NCBI GenBank assembly: GCA_001643675.2
Contig: LSRY02000029.1
Coordinates: 868,001-932,000 of the forward strand
DNA from: Monocercomonoides exilis PA203
Taxonomy: Eukaryota > Protista > Preaxostyla
Reading direction: 5' to 3'
DNA: 64,000 nt
The translations under genes were made by a program, and so were the position numbers. Under the pieces are notes generated by a model that saw only the letters and a program-made list of their open reading frames with translations, did not search any database and had not been told where the DNA came from. The number at the start of each line of letters is the position of its first letter. The first letter of the stretch is position 1. Below, piece after piece: positions 59,246 through 64,000 of this stretch.

Positions 59246-62200
59246 ATGACAACGACGAAAGAAATTTCACCTTCAAATCGATCTGGACACACTATTGCAT
59301 TGATAAACCAACATCTTTTTATATTCTCTGGAAAGCAAAATTCAATTCGAACTAATTCACTGATTGACATTAACATAGAGACAGATTCTGTGACAAATAT
59401 TCGATCAATAAATTCTCCACTTCCAAGAACTTATCATTCGTGCATTGTTTGGAATAGCTCGTTACTCATTTACGGAGGATTAACGCAAACTCATTCTGTT
59501 TGCGGAGATCTTCAGAAATTTGACTTATGTTTGCTTTCTTGAAAAAAATATGATTTGTCTGAAGTTTTGCATAACTCTTTTTCAGTCGATAGAGCATGGG
59601 AGCAACAAACCGTAAGCAACGATCCAGATGATGAAAATGTCCCACCTCCGCTGTACGGGCATGCTGCAGCTGTTGTTGGCTCGCAAATGTATATTTTCGG
59701 TGGATGCAAAGTGAATCATTCTCTATCAGGACCAATTTCTGAAGTCAATGATGGGATGTACTGTTTGGATTTGGAAAAGATGAAGTGGAGAAAAATTAGT
59801 GAGTGGAGAAGCAAAGAGGAGGAAGAAAGCAAAAACACAGCAAAAATTGAAAATGTTCATTTCTCAACTGAAAAGGGCAAAGATTATGACGATAGAAAGG
59901 AATCAAAAAAACGATTCTCATTCTCCACTCTTCTCAGGCGAAATAAGAAAAAGGAAGAAGAAAGCTTTTTGTCTGGATTGAATTCCCTTCAGCATCCCAG
60001 CGAGCATTTTTCAACCACAAGAATGACAGACTCCCAAGATGATTTTGATGGGCAAGATGAAGGAGGATTATCAACTCGGCCAATGATTCATCCGTCTCCC
60101 AGGTTTTACCACACGATGACTGCGATTGGGCAGCTGCTGTTTGTGTTTGGCGGCGTCAGCGAGAGAAGGCTGAACGACTTGTGGATGTTCGACACAACAA
60201 CAGAAAAATGGACTCAGCTAATGACTTGGGGATCAGCCCCTTCTCCTCGGTTTGGTTCTTTTTCTCTCTTCTTTATTCATAAATAGGTTCATTGACATGT
60301 TTTCTTCTGTTTTGTTTTACTATGATTTTGAATAATCTATTAACGTGCTATTCAATTTCTGTCATGTTCGCACAGATTTTGCCATTCGTCCTGTGTTAAA
60401 GAGCACACCCTATTTATTCATGGCGGAATCTGCACACAAGACAAATCGTTTGGCGATCTTCATTCGATCGATCTGTCGAAGCTGTTCAATGTTCGTCTCG
60501 GTCTTCCAATTGGAATTGGTATTTCGAGCAGACAGACGAAGGAAGAGAGCGAAATTGAAGATGAAAAGGAAAATGAAAGCGGAGGAAAAGAGTTTGCAAG
60601 CGAGGCACAGATATCTTCGACTTCACAATCAAATACTTTTCTGACAGCATCAAAAGTTGCATCTGCTGACGAATCAGAGAGCGACGAAGACTTTGAGCAT
60701 TCCCTTCAGACAGTTGACAGCCATTCTGTCTGGCTCAGCGGATGGCGGATGGCAAATAGCATGTTTTGTGGCAGAGAGCATCTCCTTTTGAAAGACGACT
60801 GCGATGTTGAAGGCGTTGGGGTGGCAAATGCAATTGTCAGTGCGCTGCAGGAGGAGTATGATTATTTGTGTGAATGCGCAAAGAGATCGGAACAATGTAA
60901 CAAAGATGATGAAAAGAGTGACAAAGCAGCAGTTGATAAAGAATTAGACAATTATATAAAGGATGTGCTGAACATTGAGTCGCTTACGCAGCATCTTCCT
61001 CTTGTTCTGAGTGTTCTGAGAGACGACGAAAAAGAGATGCTCTGGAGGAAAGCACGAGATGAAGGTGCTCTTCAAAGAAGCGACAATAGCAAAGAAGCTG
61101 TTGAAAAGGCGAAGGAGAAAAGAAATGCCTCAATTTCATCGTTTTTCTGTGGCACGTCTTCTCCAAATGATAAGAGGAAAGAGGTCGACTGGGATGGAAT
61201 AAGAAGAGCATTGATGGTTGAGCTGAGGAAGCTGCGGATTAAAAAAGCAGATGGAAAGAGATTTGAAGTTCCGCTGCCGATTTGGATTGATAAAGAACAA
61301 GAAAAAAGAGATAGAAAGAGAAAAGAAAGGAGAAAAAGAGAAGAAGAAGAAAGAGACGAAGTGCAGTTTTCTTCAACATGCAACATTCCTGACAGGGATT
61401 TTGGTGAAGTTTTCAATTCTAATAAAGAGACATCATCCTCAAATCAGAACATTGTTAATCAAAGAATTCATTTGCCTAAACCAATTAGTAGCAATGCATT
61501 CACAGCATTAGAATGGAAGAGTCCTCTTTCTTGTGCCTTGGAAGCAGCAGTCAGCCGGCGAAAGATTGGAAATCTTGGCAATTTAAATACACTCTCTTTG
61601 CTTGCATCTCCAACTGATGAGTTTGAAAAGGGTAGAAGAGCAACAATTTCTGATAAATATTGTGAAGATGGCAAAGGAATTATTTCAACAGAGAAGAAAA
61701 GAAGACAAAGCGAATATGTTGCACTGTTGTCTGATACAGCTGCATCACTTGGATCTCCTTCTTCTCCCACAATTGCAAACACCTTCAAGATCACCCGCTC
61801 AAAATCAACATCATCCACGCCAAAAGAGCAAGCCTCTTCTCCTTCGTCGTCGTTTTCTCGTTCGCACTCTTCATTTTTGAGGAAGAACAGCTTTTATTCG
61901 CGATTTGGAGGGCTAACACGCTCTTTCTCTGCTGCATCGTCTCCTTCTTTTTCATCTTTCATTTCTCCTCCTCAAATCAAACCACTCACTTTGTCTTTTT
62001 CCACATCTCCTCCGCCTGCTATCGGTAAAACTATCACTTGCCAGCTTTCCACTTCTTCTGCTTCTTCTGCTTCTTCCACTTCTCCTTTGTCGCATCCACA
62101 AACTCCAACACACATCCGCACACAGTCTGCCACAAACATCCTGCAGGCACTCTCCACTCCTCCTGGCTCTCCTGTCTCTTCCTTGAAAAGAATGCTTTCT

Positions 62201-64000
62201 GGTTCTCGTTCTTCTCAGTCGCCACCTCCTTTCGTCTTCGATGCATCGACTGTTTCGCCTGCACAGAGATCCTTCTCGCCTTTGCTGCCCAATCAAACAG
62301 GAGGAATAACAAGAACAGTCTCAACTGGCTCAAAAATTATTCGAACTTCTTCATCGCTTGTGCAGTCAACGAATTCTGCTGTGAAAAAGAAAACTGAAGA
62401 TTTGCCAATTGCAAATAATTCTTTGACATCTTGTGGATGTTTAGCTTGTCAAAGAAATATCGCTCAGCAAAAAGGCAAAGCGGAAGAAGTTTCTGTGTTT
62501 GGCACATCAAATCAATCAATTTCGCATCGAAACCAATTTCTGCATCAATTTTTGAAAGAAACAAGCTTTCCTTCAACTTCTGCTTTTTCTCCTCTTTCTT
62601 CTCATCTTTCGCCAAGCATTGCTACAACTATAACTCCAGCATCTTCTGTTGTGCCTTGTTCTATTTCTTCTTCTTCTCCCTCTTCCTCTTCTTCCTCTTC
62701 TTCCTCTTCTTCCTCTTCATCATCATCATCTTCTTCTTCTTTAGACACACTTTCTCTCACTCTTTCCTCGTCGTCTTTGTTCAGCAGTGAGACAGGAATG
62801 ACGCCCTTCCACTATCAGATGCTCAGTCTAATGGCATCAGCCATTGAAGAAGGAGACACTCTGCTTCATGTGGAATTTGAAGAGGCAGAGGCAGAAATAC
62901 AAAATGTGATGAAATTAGACAGAGAAAGACTGGATCGGCAGAGGAGGTTAGCGGAATATGGCGAGAGGAGGAGAATAGAAAAGAGGAGAAGGAAAGAAGA
63001 GAAGGAAATGGATTGGGAAAGGGAAAGTGGAAAAAGCAAAGTGAATGACGAGAAGAAAGGAAGCTGTGCAGATGATTCAGATGCTGATTTTGACTTTGGT
63101 GAGATTGAAGAAGAAGAAGAAGAGGAAGAAGAAGAAAGCAAAGAAGAAGAAGAAGAAGAAGAGGAACATTCAACTGATGAATGGCTTGTGGACTTTTCAT
63201 TTTCTGAATACGAAGATGAAACAAAAAAGGAAAACACACAAAAAAAGAACAAAAAGAAAACAAAAGAAACAGAATCCAAAGCAAAAACAGAAGAAAAAGA
63301 AAGAATCAAACAAAAGAGCACAAAAAAAATTGTCTCATCAATCACACAAAAAGAAAGAGAAGAGCATTCAAAGGATAAATTGATGGAACAGAAAGCAAAA
63401 GAAGAGGATGAAAAGACGAACAATCATTGCAAAGCATCTTTTCTTGCCCATTCATTCATTATTGAATCACGCTTTCCTCATCTTCTTCCATTTTGCAGTC
63501 GTGTTAGTAGTTCACAGAAGGAAATTGTTTCAAAAGCAAGAGAAAGAGTCACTGAGTGGATTAGACTAAGATTTGAGGAAGAGCAGGAATGGCTGGAGAG
63601 GAGAATGAGCAGATGGGAGAGGAAGGTGCAGTGGAGATGGGAATCCAACATTCTGCAGGAGAAAAGAAAGATTGTTAGAAAGAAGGAGAAGGAAATCACA
63701 AAAGAAAGGAAAGAGGAGAAGAGGAGGAGAAGACGTGAAAGCAGAAAATCTTCAGAAATGAATAAACAAACATCAAATGCAACAAGAAAAATTTACGATT
63801 TACCAGCTTCGTGTTATGAATTTCCTGATTCTTTGCCAGATTTCCCATTTGAGTCGCACATTTCGCCAACTGCATTCTCACGTGCCTCTGTCGCTGAACT
63901 GGAAGAAATTCTGCTTTCGCTGACCGTTTCACTTGAGAAAGAGAATGACAATTATCAAAAGAACAAAGAGAGAAATATGGATGTTGGATTGAATCGATCA
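59246..64000 (+). CDS. Kelch-repeat protein with a very long low-complexity C-terminal region; 3' end beyond the window
   Basis: Kelch repeats PSNRSGHT..LFIFSG, PLPRTYHS..LIYGG, PPPLYGHAA..MYIFGG, PSPRFYHTM..LFVFGG..LNDLWMFD..W and PSPRFCHSS..LFIHGG. The exon from ~60377 appears open to the window end, which explains its absence from the ORF track. Confidence 0.85.

Noticed and set aside
1-64000. CRISPR arrays, tRNA or rRNA genes
   Set aside because: No repeat-spacer periodicity, cloverleaf with T-loop motif, or rRNA-like sequence was recognised.

Overview
AT-rich, intron-rich eukaryotic genomic DNA using the standard genetic code. The short GT-AG introns, pervasive poly-Ser/Glu low-complexity coding tracts and flagellar genes resemble an oxymonad such as Monocercomonoides (inference, not verified). 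The window has three zones. (1) 1-22.3 kb is a host-gene zone: a ~1 kb foldback MITE, a 13-exon bacterial-type trehalose synthase (TreS), a Vps55-like gene, RPS21, IQUB, VAMP7, and head-to-head RBM25 and Gemin2. (2) ~22.8-46.5 kb is a mobile and pseudogene zone: an intact DD34D mariner, two arms of degenerate gene fragments bracketed by two nested pairs of diverged inverted repeats, and a second palindromic MITE. At its centre is an intact 3-exon gene (~1266 aa) for a Sola2-like DDD transposase. This transposase has a catalytically complete USP (peptidase C19) deubiquitinase domain inserted inside it and is followed immediately by a GC-rich, pseudoknotted, cUUCGg-capped structured RNA candidate. 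(3) 47-64 kb holds large lineage-specific genes and a kelch-repeat gene running off the window end. The best candidate for an undescribed system is the Sola-USP transposase, its 3' structured RNA and the flanking fragment-carrying arms.
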